A stretch of 64,000 nucleotides of DNA from NCBI GenBank assembly GCA_963677595.1, contig OY782041.1:3424001-3488000 (forward strand), written 5' to 3'. This document shows positions 28,655-38,218 of this stretch, piece after piece. Position numbers and translations under genes: made by a program. The first letter of the stretch is position 1. Every line of letters begins with the position of its first letter. Under the pieces are notes generated by a model that saw nothing but the letters and a program-made list of their open reading frames with translations, made no database searches and was not told where the DNA came from. The DNA comes from Spirochaetia bacterium. GTDB lineage: Bacteria; Spirochaetota; Spirochaetia; CAKZLE01.

Positions 28655-29608
28655 ATGAAAAAGATCAGTATTTTTCTAGTCATACTGTTCCTGCTGTCGT
28701 TCTCCGCCATCACGGCAGAAGGTCAGAAAGAGGATGCACCACAGACGATCGTCTTTGGGGACATGTCCTGGGACAGTGTACAGGTCCATAACCGGATCAT
28801 GGGATTCATTATCGAGAATGGGCTTGACGGCTATGTGGCGGAGTATGTCGTAGGCGACACCGCTCCCATCCTCAATGGTATCGTCAATGGTGATATCGAT
28901 GTCGACATGGAGTCATGGCACTCAAACTACATGGACCTCTATGAGAAGTCCATGGCAAGCGGTGAGATGCTGAACCTCGGCGATAACTATCCAGATGGTC
29001 CCCAGGGCTGGTATGTACCGAGCTTCCTCGTGGAAGGCCCAGATGCCCCTGCACCGGACCTGAAGGGTATCTCGGACCTGCCGAAGTATGCCCACCTGTT
29101 CGAGGACCCGGAAGATCCTGGCAAGGGTGCGGTCTACGGCGGGGTCGCCGGCTGGATGCTGGTGAAGATCTCACAGGAGATGTTCGACGAGTATGGTCTG
29201 GAAGACACCTATAACTTCACCGTCGCTGGTTCCAGTACGGCACTTGCCGCTACCATGGCAGGGGCCTACCAGAAGGGAGAAGGCTGGTGCGGGTATTACT
29301 GGGAACCTTCGGCCATCCTCGGACGATTCGACATGGTACGGCTTGAAGGAAGTGAGTTCGAGCCTGCATTCGTTGACATCCTGATCAACAAGACGATGGA
29401 AGAGAAGGCTCCTGAGGTTGTCGACATCCTCAAGAAGTACTCGACCACAGTAGCTGACAACAACGAGTTCCTGGCTAAACTGTCGGAGAACGAATGGGAC
29501 AGCGAGCAGACAGCGATCTGGTTCCTCGAGAACAAGGAAGATGTCTGGACCCAGTGGGTCACCCCCGAGACGGAGAGTCGGGTGAAAGCAGCCCTCGCAG
29601 CTCTTTGA
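28655..29608 (+). CDS. Glycine-betaine/quaternary-amine ABC transporter substrate-binding protein (ProX-like), no permease nearby
   Basis: Signal peptide; SWDSVQVHN, GDIDVDMESW, GWYVP, YYWEP. Confidence 0.88.
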   Translation: MKKISIFLVILFLLSFSAITAEGQKEDAPQTIVFGDMSWDSVQVHNRIMGFIIENGLDGYVAEYVVGDTAPILNGIVNGDIDVDMESWHSNYMDLYEKSMASGEMLNLGDNYPDGPQGWYVPSFLVEGPDAPAPDLKGISDLPKYAHLFEDPEDPGKGAVYGGVAGWMLVKISQEMFDEYGLEDTYNFTVAGSSTALAATMAGAYQKGEGWCGYYWEPSAILGRFDMVRLEGSEFEPAFVDILINKTMEEKAPEVVDILKKYSTTVADNNEFLAKLSENEWDSEQTAIWFLENKEDVWTQWVTPETESRVKAALAAL

Positions 29609-29657
29609 TCGGAATAACCAATAACGTCCGGAGAGGATGCCTCTCCGGACTGTATCA
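29552..29657 (+). repeat. Left copy of a ~105-bp direct repeat (3' end of the ProX-like gene plus its terminator)
   Basis: CAGTGGGTCACCCCCGAGACGGAGAGTCGGGTGAAAGCAGCCCTCGCAGCTCTTTGA...GTCCGGAGAGGATGCCTCTCCGGA; near-identical to 37425-37530. Confidence 0.92.
29626..29650 (+). terminator. Hairpin after the ProX-like gene
   Basis: GTCCGGAGAGG-atg-CCTCTCCGGAC. Confidence 0.7.
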
Positions 29658-29957
29658 ACGATATAATTCGGAAAGAGTTCCTCTCATCTGAAATGATTCA
29701 CAGGAAGAGGTTTTAATCTAAACCCATAAATATAGGCCAAATAGAAGCTAAGCTTCTGGAGTGATAGGGTGTCTACAATATTGAGGGAATTCCACTATCT
29801 GAGTATTCAAGTATGTTAAGAATTGGCGATGAAGTCAAATATATCAGCTGACTCAATATGTTGAATACTAGGGCTTTCTCATGTGGACCTCTAACTGAAG
29901 CAAAAAACAAGCAAATCTTTTTCTTATTATTCATGACAAAATATGATTTCTCTGTTT

Positions 29958-31022
29958 TCATTCTATAGCAGAATGGATCATTGCTTCGAAGTTCTCTATT
30001 GGAGTATCAAGTTGAACATGGTGAGTAGGACCAAGGATAAGACCCCCATTATAACCGCAGAACTCTATTCGATCTTTGACTTCATGCCAGACATCTTTTG
30101 GAGTTTTAAACGGTAACGTTTCCTGTTCATCAATGGTTCCCCACAAGGTGAGGTTCTCCCCATATTTCTTTTTGATTTCAGCTGCATTCATACATTTGGG
30201 TTGTATGGGGTTTAGTACATCTAAACCGATTTCAATGAGATCCGGTATAATGGGTTCGATATTTCCGTCGGAATGATAACCAACATACACATTTGGATTA
30301 ATGTGCTTAAGATCTGAGATCAAGGATGCCATCCTCGGTTTTAAGTGTTTTCTCCATGTTTCAGGTGACATGATCATATGTTCTTGCCCGCCAACATCAT
30401 CACCTAACCGAATCATATCATATCCCATCCGAGTCAACTGTTTTGCAACTTCGGCATGGTACTGATATGGTATATCAAGGATTGATTCAGCTAGATCAGA
30501 GTCTAACAAGAAATCCATGAGAAGCTGCTCCATACCACGCAATGCACATCCAGTCTCAAAGATTGTTGTTACTGCACAACCAACCATAAACCAGTCATCT
30601 TTATAGAGATCAAGCAATTGAAAAGCCTTGTGATATAGTTCTGGCCTTGTTGGATCCGGGCTCCGATAAGATGAGATATCACTATCCTGTTGTAGCGGAT
30701 GCGACATGACTTCGGCATAAGAACCAGTCCCAAATTTAGTAGTATATGGGATCCTTTCATAGGCGACTCCCCATTCATCAGTAAAGTGAGGTTCCTCAGA
30801 TGAGAAATATCCATTTACCCAACCTACAGCATGCAGCAGCATATCCTGGTAAGACAACTCTTCTAAAGAGATGGAATTCCCAGCCATAGGAGTGTGATTG
30901 TCGTATACCCCATAATGGGCTGATAAACGTTCTCCGAACTCCTTGGTGAAAGAAATCTGCAGTGGTGGGCGATCTGGTTTTTCTTTAGATAGGGCTGTGT
31001 GGACTCTCTCTCTTCTATTCAT
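29958..31022 (-). CDS. UroD/MtaA-CmuA family protein
   Basis: Start MNRRERV at 31022. TDEWGV, IFE...LRGMEQ, GDDVGGQ, YHSDGN, LNPIQP, WGTIDEQ. Confidence 0.88.
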   Translation of the reverse strand: MNRRERVHTALSKEKPDRPPLQISFTKEFGERLSAHYGVYDNHTPMAGNSISLEELSYQDMLLHAVGWVNGYFSSEEPHFTDEWGVAYERIPYTTKFGTGSYAEVMSHPLQQDSDISSYRSPDPTRPELYHKAFQLLDLYKDDWFMVGCAVTTIFETGCALRGMEQLLMDFLLDSDLAESILDIPYQYHAEVAKQLTRMGYDMIRLGDDVGGQEHMIMSPETWRKHLKPRMASLISDLKHINPNVYVGYHSDGNIEPIIPDLIEIGLDVLNPIQPKCMNAAEIKKKYGENLTLWGTIDEQETLPFKTPKDVWHEVKDRIEFCGYNGGLILGPTHHVQLDTPIENFEAMIHSAIE

Positions 31023-32466
31023 GGTGTTTTCCTTCTGTCTCATATCCCCAATTTGACAGGTAGAGTTCCAGCTCATTGGGATTAAGAGCCGTTGCGAATT
31101 TCCGAGTATACCCATAGTCTTCAAGAAGCTCGAAACCGCTTTTAAATTGATCATTCCTTTCCTGTAACAAAGTATTTAATCGAATCTGTAGCTGATGCAT
31201 GATCTCAAAAGCTTCTGCTTTTCCTACAAGATTATGGAGTTGTTTGGGATCTTTTTCTAAATCATAACATAACCAGGGTCCCTGCTTGTCTATCACATAG
31301 AGAAATTGGTTTGTTCTAATACCTCTATATTCCCTGCCTGTATATCCAAGTTCCCCACCGTCAGAATCTCTTGTCCATTGTCCCCCTGTTTGGTATACAC
31401 TTATTAGAGCACAATCCTCTTCCAGTGTTTCTTCTTTCTTCAAATATCCGGAGTAATCGGTACCTTCCAATATGTTTGGTATATCTGCTGATAACAATCC
31501 AAGCAGGGTAGGGAGTATATCCTGTGGTTCTATCATCGCATCAGGATATACTCCTGGTTCTACACCAAGATATGCTGGAGTCTGTATAAGGAAGGGGACC
31601 AGAATCGATTCCTCAAAGGGGACCTGTTTTTTCCACAATCCATGAGACCCGAGCATGTCTCCATGATCTGAAGTAAAGATCAGTATCGTATTCTCATCAA
31701 GACCAGACTTTTTTAGGAAAGCCCTGATCTTGCCAAAACTGTTATCCAAGGCTGTACAGTGGGCATAATAACCTTCGAGCATATTGGATGACTGAAGCCT
31801 GCAGGAAGCTGGCACGTTCTCAGATATCTCCAAGTCCTCAGCCTGGTATAGCCCCGCTACATCCTCAGGATATTGATCATAAGGAGAGTCTCTCATATAT
31901 GGCGGCGGAGCATGGGGTGGTCCCCATGAGAGAAACAAGCAAAACGGGTTACTGTTATGTTTCTTTTGCTTGGCCATATATGAAATAGCATCATCAGTTT
32001 GCGCATATGCATCATATCCTTCCCAGTACGACAAACTTGTATGATTATGATCATAATATGGAGAGTTGCAGTAATTGTGACTGCATTCCAAGACTTTCCA
32101 ATAATCAAAACCAAAGCGCCTGGATTCTGGTATAACAGATTCCCGCCCCTGACCATTTATGTGCCATTTGCCGATGTAAGCTGTATCGTACCCTATGTTT
32201 TTAAAGATATTCCCAATACCTGGACTGCTTAGCTTAATAGGAACATCATTGATAAATACCCCATGGGTTAGAGGCAGTTGTCCGGTTATAAGACTTGCAC
32301 GATATGGTGAACATAGCGGGCAAGGACTAATTGCTTGTGAAAGGTTGGCACTTTCATGTGCAAACTGGTCTATATTCGGTGTCTGAACATCAGGATTGCC
32401 AGTATACCCGAAGGCTTGTGCTCTCCACTGATCAGCGAAGATAAACAGAATATTTGGTTTCTTCAT
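31015..32466 (-). CDS. Cys-type sulfatase
   Basis: Start MKKPNILFIFADQWR at 32466. CSPYRASLITG (CxPxR), GKWH, PPH, SDHGDMLG. Confidence 0.93.
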   Translation of the reverse strand: MKKPNILFIFADQWRAQAFGYTGNPDVQTPNIDQFAHESANLSQAISPCPLCSPYRASLITGQLPLTHGVFINDVPIKLSSPGIGNIFKNIGYDTAYIGKWHINGQGRESVIPESRRFGFDYWKVLECSHNYCNSPYYDHNHTSLSYWEGYDAYAQTDDAISYMAKQKKHNSNPFCLFLSWGPPHAPPPYMRDSPYDQYPEDVAGLYQAEDLEISENVPASCRLQSSNMLEGYYAHCTALDNSFGKIRAFLKKSGLDENTILIFTSDHGDMLGSHGLWKKQVPFEESILVPFLIQTPAYLGVEPGVYPDAMIEPQDILPTLLGLLSADIPNILEGTDYSGYLKKEETLEEDCALISVYQTGGQWTRDSDGGELGYTGREYRGIRTNQFLYVIDKQGPWLCYDLEKDPKQLHNLVGKAEAFEIMHQLQIRLNTLLQERNDQFKSGFELLEDYGYTRKFATALNPNELELYLSNWGYETEGKHHE

Positions 32467-33317
32467 TTTATTGCTCCTGCCATCATCCCCTGAACAAAAT
32501 ACCGTTGGGTAAATATCAAGATAATCAGAATAGGTAATCCAATAATGATTGATGCTGCAGCCATCTGATTCCAATACACATTGAATGCAGTAATGAAACG
32601 TGCAAGACCGATGGAGATGTTCAAGTTTCGTTGATTCTCCAATAATGCAACAGAATATGGGTATTCACTCCAAGTCAATAATAGTGACATCAAACCGATG
32701 GTTGCTACACTGATTTTACTGAGAGGAAATGTGATTTTCAGAAAAGCTCCAAGAGGCGAACACCCATCCAGGAACGCAGCCTGTTCCAGTTCGCGAGGAA
32801 GATTCTGGAAATTGCTATAGGACATCCAAGCCGCAAACGGTGTCTGAAATATCAAATAGGTAATGATCAATCCCGTATGGGTATCATATAATCCAATTTT
32901 CGCTATTACTACATATACAGGAATCATGAGAGCTGGACCAGAAAAAAGCTGAGCAATCAGCAGGAAATTGAGGATTAGTGAGGATCCTCTCAACCGATAT
33001 CTTGCTAATCCATATCCAATCATTGTGCCCAAACAGATCACTATTGATGTGGTAAATACGGCTATCTTCAACGTATTAAAGAAATATCTGAACCACATAG
33101 CCCCATTTCCGGTTTTGTCCAGCCATACATCCAAGAATGGTTGTATGGTAACAGTACTTGGCAGGATTTTTATAGGAATTCTCTGAATGTCAGCCTGGGT
33201 TTTAAATCCTGCTGAAATCAGCCATAATAAGGGTATTAAGACTATTAAAAGCATCAGAATCCCAAAAAGATTTCTTAGAGTTTTCAGTACAAGGTTCTTA
33301 GAAGTAACCACACTCAT
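32463..33317 (-). CDS. Carbohydrate ABC transporter permease (MalG-like)
   Basis: EAA loop LPRELEQAAFLDG; about 6 TM segments. Confidence 0.92.
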   Translation of the reverse strand: MSVVTSKNLVLKTLRNLFGILMLLIVLIPLLWLISAGFKTQADIQRIPIKILPSTVTIQPFLDVWLDKTGNGAMWFRYFFNTLKIAVFTTSIVICLGTMIGYGLARYRLRGSSLILNFLLIAQLFSGPALMIPVYVVIAKIGLYDTHTGLIITYLIFQTPFAAWMSYSNFQNLPRELEQAAFLDGCSPLGAFLKITFPLSKISVATIGLMSLLLTWSEYPYSVALLENQRNLNISIGLARFITAFNVYWNQMAAASIIIGLPILIILIFTQRYFVQGMMAGAIK

Positions 33318-34240
33318 GCTGCACCTCCCTGATCTGCTTTTTGACTCTGTCTGTACAGAATAAAATAAATTACACAGAAGACACCGAGAATTAGTAGATT
33401 CAAGACGGTGACCACTCCGGCTTGGCTGAGTTTCCCATATTGGAATCCAAGTTTATACATATATACGGGTATCGTTTCGCTGTAATAAAGGGGCCCCCCT
33501 TTTGTCATGACATTCACAAAAACAAGATTATTCATGATCCAAATGAGATTAGTTATGCCCATGGTCATGATCTGGTATTTAATATGGGGAATGATGATAT
33601 ACTGAAATTCTTGTATGGTATTCATCCCATCGACTCTACCTGCTTCATATAGTGATGTATCTATTGACTGTATGCTTGCAGATATTACCAGTGCATACAT
33701 AGGAAATAATCTCCAGATAATTACAGCTGAACAGGCTAATAGTGCTGTTTCAGGGGTCCCGAGAAACGGGACCCCACTATCCAAAATCCCAATTTTAACA
33801 AATAGTGAATTGATTAAACCATTCTGGGTGTTATACATCCATTTCCATAATCCCGCAACTACAACTCCTGGCATTACCCAAGGTACGAGCATAAAAGCTC
33901 TACTTAACTTCGAGACCCTATTGGAGTTGTCAGAGAGTAAATATCCAAGAATAACACCAAGAGTTACTACAAAGGCAGTCCCAGTAACTACCCAGATTAT
34001 AGAATTGCGAATCGCTATAAATGTTTCATCTTTACTCAGCACCTCTTTAAATGTTTCGAAGCCAACAAATTGAGAACTGGATCTTCCGCTCAACAATTCC
34101 ACATTCCTGAAAGATAAATTAAAACTGTATAGAGCAACCCCCACCATTACAAAGGCAATAAGGAGAAATCCCGGCATAACAAACCATAGGGAAAGACGCT
34201 TCTGCTGCTGCTCATAGGTCATGATTTTTTGCTTTTTCAT
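33314..34240 (-). CDS. Carbohydrate ABC transporter permease (MalF-like)
   Basis: Start MKKQKI at 34240 (ATGA overlap). SLYEAGRVDG, MTKGGP. Confidence 0.92.
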   Translation of the reverse strand: MKKQKIMTYEQQQKRLSLWFVMPGFLLIAFVMVGVALYSFNLSFRNVELLSGRSSSQFVGFETFKEVLSKDETFIAIRNSIIWVVTGTAFVVTLGVILGYLLSDNSNRVSKLSRAFMLVPWVMPGVVVAGLWKWMYNTQNGLINSLFVKIGILDSGVPFLGTPETALLACSAVIIWRLFPMYALVISASIQSIDTSLYEAGRVDGMNTIQEFQYIIIPHIKYQIMTMGITNLIWIMNNLVFVNVMTKGGPLYYSETIPVYMYKLGFQYGKLSQAGVVTVLNLLILGVFCVIYFILYRQSQKADQGGAA

Positions 34241-35397
34241 ATCATCCCCATCTCTTCCCATACATCAATGAGTGTATGGATATTGTTTCCAAACTGCTCA
34301 GAAAAATCTGGTATATTTGTAGGTGCAGATATAGCTAAAACCATATTATCTTTTCGACCATCCAGGGCAATTGCCGCCGCTTCTCGAACCTGTTCAGGGG
34401 AACCCTGCTCAATCAATGATAATTCTATATTGCCACCGAGAGTAAGATTCTCTCCCGCAATTTCCTTTGCATGAATGAATTCTATATTACCATCTGGAGG
34501 GGGTTCTACTGGTTCAAAGTAATCAGCTTCTCTCTCCATGACATGATTAATAATTGGAGACCCAACATTCCCATGAGAATGCACATGAGCAAAGCCTTCG
34601 TGATCGTGGATTTTTCTAATTAACTCCCGTTCCGGTTCGACTACCAATTTTTTATACAGACTTGGGGAACTCATAGGAGGTGTCAGCCATTCACTGCCAC
34701 CAGTCCAGACTATATCTATACAGTTGTGCTTCATAACAGCCTCTGTAATCTGTAAAGCACGTTCTAGAGCGATTGAAACAAATTGCGTTATTGCCGGTAG
34801 ATCTACTGCGCAGTGGTACAGGAACTCTTCATAACTCATTGTTCCTCCCACACAAACAAATGGTGAAGATATATATGTATAGAGGAGGGACCGTCCATCT
34901 GCTGTGATACTCTCGGCTGTTGATCGATCGATCACTTCTAAATTATCAGGTAATTCAAATGGGATACTAGCCAGTTTTTCCAGATCATCAAAGGATTTCA
35001 CTGGATATTCAATTGTCCATATATTATCTACACTGCCAGCTCTTCGTTCCAATAGTGCTTGGAGGGTCCCCTTGGGGGTATCTATCGTTTGCTTGAATAC
35101 CACCTTGTCAGGACTCCTATGGATCACCTCTTCTTTGATTCGCTGATTAGGAGTAATCATATATCTGTTAACTCCTGCTGAGATGCCATGTTGTATAGTC
35201 GTCTTATCGACTAATCTAGTTGTAATACTTTCTCGAATTGGATCGTTATCTGAGGCGTATATCTCATCGAACGATTCAAATCCTTTCAAGCCCAAAGCAT
35301 TGGGGGTCCTATATCCATTAAAAGGGAATATATCTAAGGGTACCCGGTCGTGAGTTTTATGCGTAAATGTAGCTAACAGCCGTTCTCTCGGTGTCAT
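34237..35397 (-). CDS. UroD/MtaA-CmuA family protein, divergent
   Basis: MTPRERLL...DRVP, TPKGTL, GGSEWLTPP, HVHSHGN, EPVEPPPDG, GGNIE. Confidence 0.8.
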   Translation of the reverse strand: MTPRERLLATFTHKTHDRVPLDIFPFNGYRTPNALGLKGFESFDEIYASDNDPIRESITTRLVDKTTIQHGISAGVNRYMITPNQRIKEEVIHRSPDKVVFKQTIDTPKGTLQALLERRAGSVDNIWTIEYPVKSFDDLEKLASIPFELPDNLEVIDRSTAESITADGRSLLYTYISSPFVCVGGTMSYEEFLYHCAVDLPAITQFVSIALERALQITEAVMKHNCIDIVWTGGSEWLTPPMSSPSLYKKLVVEPERELIRKIHDHEGFAHVHSHGNVGSPIINHVMEREADYFEPVEPPPDGNIEFIHAKEIAGENLTLGGNIELSLIEQGSPEQVREAAAIALDGRKDNMVLAISAPTNIPDFSEQFGNNIHTLIDVWEEMGMI

Positions 35398-35428
35398 TGT
35401 ATCCTCGTGTCAGTATTGCTAGTAAGGA

Positions 35429-35461
35429 CTCACACGATCACCTGAATAGGGATCGTGTGAG
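35429..35461 (-). terminator. Intercistronic stem-loop after the solute-binding protein gene
   Basis: CTCACACGATC...GATCGTGTGAG. Confidence 0.6.
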
Positions 35462-35471
35462 ATAAAGTCTA

Positions 35472-36803
35472 TTATTTTGCTTTGTTATAAATTGATTGAA
35501 TTTGTGGCTGGATTTCATCAAGCGCATCTTGTGCGTCAATCATTCCCATGAGAACTTTCTGATAGGCTTGGATAATTAACTGCTCGGATTCTGCAAGTCC
35601 CGGGAATCCTGGCATAGATAATGCGCCATCAAACAAAGTACCATTATTATATGAAGCTGCTAGGTCCGGATATACTCGTGCAAAATCTGGACTTTCAAGG
35701 TTTGATTTCATGATAGGGACTCTACCTTCGATCACAGATCCTGACCACCCGGATTGTGCTTCAGGAGACATCCAGAAATCAATAAACTTCATAGCTGCAT
35801 CAAGTTTTTCCCCTTCAACACTTTCTGGAACCATAAAACAGGTAGTAGGAGTCATGATAAAACTGGCTGAATCAAACTTACCGCTTGTTGATGAATTCTT
35901 TGGGAACGGTGCAATATTATAAGGATAATCTGCAGGAGCTCCCAGCGATTGCCTAAGAATCGGTGCATAAGACATAGTCATAGCCATAGCTGCCTGGTCC
36001 TGGAAAAAGAGTTCCATCGCCTGTCTGAAGTTCGTATCAGTAAAACCTGGCTGAGCATATGGTACCAAAGAGTGGTAGAATTTCATCGTATCAACAAAAC
36101 CTGGTCCATTGATTGTTACCGTATCACCGTCAATGATTCTGCCACCATTCCTGTATGCAATTCCTTCCATGATTAGTGTATCATTGGGGGCATTACTACC
36201 AGGAAGAGCAATTCCAGCTATTCCAGTGCTTTTAAAATACTTTGCTATCTCGACTACCTCAGCCCAATCTTTTGGCGGTCTGGCATTCCCTTTGGAATCC
36301 ACGAAACCAGCTTCCTTGAACATGTCAGTATTATAGGCTATCATTGCAGATGCGTCGACATAGGTTGAAACTCCGAAGAGCGTTCCTTCATATTTGCCTG
36401 TATCCCAAGCTTCAGGAACAAAACGTGATTCCCATTGGGAAACGAGGGTAGGGTCGATGGCTTTTAGATCTTTTATAATACCAAGTGTGGCAAATTCTGG
36501 AATGCTCTGTCCATCACTTAGAATTATTTCAGGGAGATTCCCGGCTGAATTTGCGGTTATGATTTTTGTCCTCCGTTCTTCGTAGTTCTGGTAGACCCAA
36601 TCAATCGTAATTCCCGGGTTTCTCTCTTCAAAATCTTTGATCTTTTCCAACATATACTCGCGTTCATGTTGGGGTCCCCCGAATTTCCATACTCGGAGTA
36701 CAACCGATCCTTCATCAACTGCTGAAGGTTCTTCTTGCTGCCCACCTGCTACTAGTGGGAACATACAAACAATCAGCAATACTACCAATGCAATCCTTCT
36801 CAT
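35472..36803 (-). CDS. Carbohydrate ABC transporter substrate-binding protein (family 1)
   Basis: Signal peptide ...AGGQQE; FEERNPGITI, YNTDMFKEAG, PPKDW; GGAGG RBS. Confidence 0.92.
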   Translation of the reverse strand: MRRIALVVLLIVCMFPLVAGGQQEEPSAVDEGSVVLRVWKFGGPQHEREYMLEKIKDFEERNPGITIDWVYQNYEERRTKIITANSAGNLPEIILSDGQSIPEFATLGIIKDLKAIDPTLVSQWESRFVPEAWDTGKYEGTLFGVSTYVDASAMIAYNTDMFKEAGFVDSKGNARPPKDWAEVVEIAKYFKSTGIAGIALPGSNAPNDTLIMEGIAYRNGGRIIDGDTVTINGPGFVDTMKFYHSLVPYAQPGFTDTNFRQAMELFFQDQAAMAMTMSYAPILRQSLGAPADYPYNIAPFPKNSSTSGKFDSASFIMTPTTCFMVPESVEGEKLDAAMKFIDFWMSPEAQSGWSGSVIEGRVPIMKSNLESPDFARVYPDLAASYNNGTLFDGALSMPGFPGLAESEQLIIQAYQKVLMGMIDAQDALDEIQPQIQSIYNKAK

Positions 36804-36834
36804 ATGTATTCCTCCATTTTTTATTTATGCAGCC

Positions 36835-37284
36835 TTATACCAGGTCTGCAATGTTCTCACATATACGTTTTAAACATTTTTTCATGATGACCAGATCTTC
36901 TTTACTTATACCTTCAAGGGCTTCTGTAAGGTGTTCTTCAACAATTGGTGGTAAAACATCCCCCATTGCTCTGCCTTTCTCAGTAAGGCAAACGATATTG
37001 GATCTGCGATCAGTCTTACTAGATTCTCGAATGATTAATCCATGCTTTTCGAGCCCATCAACAACACGAGTCATTGATGGATAATCTTTGAATGTTTTTG
37101 AGGATAATTCTGCTTGAGTCTGGCGATCCTGTTGCCACAGCCGGTAGAGAACAACCCATTGAAAGGGTGTCACATTAATATTGTGGTTTTTGAATTTTTC
37201 AATTAACCGTTTTTTAAGTGATTGCTCAGCGAGCTCAATTAAATACCCACCAGCATTATCAATCGTAAATGGATCCATTATCAT
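36835..37284 (-). CDS. MarR family transcriptional regulator
   Basis: QWVVLYRLW..D..TQAEL, TRVVDGLEKHGLI, DRRS, LTEKG. Confidence 0.92.
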   Translation of the reverse strand: MIMDPFTIDNAGGYLIELAEQSLKKRLIEKFKNHNINVTPFQWVVLYRLWQQDRQTQAELSSKTFKDYPSMTRVVDGLEKHGLIIRESSKTDRRSNIVCLTEKGRAMGDVLPPIVEEHLTEALEGISKEDLVIMKKCLKRICENIADLV

Positions 37285-37309
37285 TCCTCATTCGTATTAA
37301 TAAGTACAA

Positions 37310-37342
37310 TAGTTGCAAATGAAATAATTACAAATGCAACTA
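37310..37342. promoter_or_regulatory. Two overlapping MarR-type operator boxes
   Basis: TAGTTGCAAATGAAATAA and TAATTACAAATGCAACTA; the outer arms TAGTTGCA/TGCAACTA form a perfect inverted repeat just upstream of marR. Confidence 0.65.
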
Positions 37343-37424
37343 AATAATAACATGAGATATAGGTGTTTGCAAGAAAAAAGTTTTTAGTATCAGCATTATT
37401 CACAGGAAACTAACGACAGTTAGA

Positions 37425-37530
37425 CAGTGGGTCACCCCCCGAGACGGAGAGCCGGGTGAAAGCAGCCCTCACAGCTCTTTGAGCTGAATAATCAACAACG
37501 TCCGGAGAAATTCCTCTCCGGATGTGATCA
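37425..37530 (+). repeat. Right copy of the direct repeat (non-coding duplicate of the ProX-like 3' end plus terminator)
   Basis: Matches 29552-29657 with one extra C and scattered substitutions; hairpin TCCGGAGA...TCTCCGGA retained. Confidence 0.92.
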
Positions 37531-37616
37531 TCCTACCAGGCAAGCGTGCTATTTATCAGATCGATTCCGTTAGTCCAGTCCTTGTATAGTGTGTACTATC
37601 TGCTGGTATGTTCGAT

Positions 37617-37793
37617 TTATTGGCTGCTCCGTAGAGATACTCGATGGTTGTTCCTGGCCAATGTATTCTTTGCATCTGCCTGAGCTTTCGCTTTTTCTGC
37701 CACATGATCCTGCGGAGTCCACGCAACTTTCCCGATTGAGTCCATCAACTCCTTCTCTTCCTGATCTATTGGGTTATATGCTCGTTCTTTCAA
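37617..37793 (-). pseudogene. Truncated CopG/BrnA-like antitoxin (58 aa, absent from the ORF track)
   Basis: GAGG RBS and TTG start. MKERAYNPIDQEEKELMDSIGKVAW...AKNTLARNNHRVSLR* resembles the 'DxEExELxxSIExxEW...A+NTL.K..RINLR' antitoxins but stops before the RHH helices. Confidence 0.6.
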
Positions 37794-37831
37794 CTTTCCT
37801 CTACCTCCACCTGAACTTCGAACAGGATGGA

Positions 37832-38218
37832 TCAGATAAAGAGGTTAGGTGAGGTCCCGTATTTCTCAGCCAGTTTCCTGATATGTCTCAGATTCAGAGA
37901 CCTCTTCCCATTAAGGATCTCATTGATCACCGAACGGGGTGCCACATCAGTAAGATCCCCCTGTGTATGGCCATGATTCTCCATAAGGTGTTTGAGAATC
38001 TCGACCGGGGAGACATCCTGGATGGGGTAGTGTGCATCCTCGAATGCTGAGATCAGAGAGGTGATGTAATCGATGACAGGTTCCAACTCATGTTCCCCTG
38101 TCTCAAACCTGTCAGTCAGACCCAGAAGATGTTCAACAGCTTTGTCATGCTCTTCTTCAGAATGGATCTGCAGGCTCAGCATATATTTCCCTAATTCATG
38201 TTCCATGGCATAGCTCAT
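37832..38218 (-). CDS. higA: HigA-family antitoxin (HTH), no cognate toxin
   Basis: AAGGAG RBS. LISAFED.HYP...P.EILKHLME.HG.TQ.DL...RS.INEILNGKR.L...HIRKL...Y..SP.LFI. Confidence 0.85.
   Translation of the reverse strand: MSYAMEHELGKYMLSLQIHSEEEHDKAVEHLLGLTDRFETGEHELEPVIDYITSLISAFEDAHYPIQDVSPVEILKHLMENHGHTQGDLTDVAPRSVINEILNGKRSLNLRHIRKLAEKYGTSPNLFI

Larger units (their letters stand above)
29658..37424. mobile_element. AT-rich genomic islet (MarR, ABC transporter, two UroD-like genes, sulfatase); no integrase visible
   Basis: Abrupt switch to AT-rich codon usage, bounded by the direct repeats at 29552 and 37425. Confidence 0.8.

Noticed and set aside
29773-29961. 62-aa ORF ATGA-coupled to the islet's last gene
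   Set aside because: No recognisable motif in AT-rich DNA; it could be chance or a remnant.
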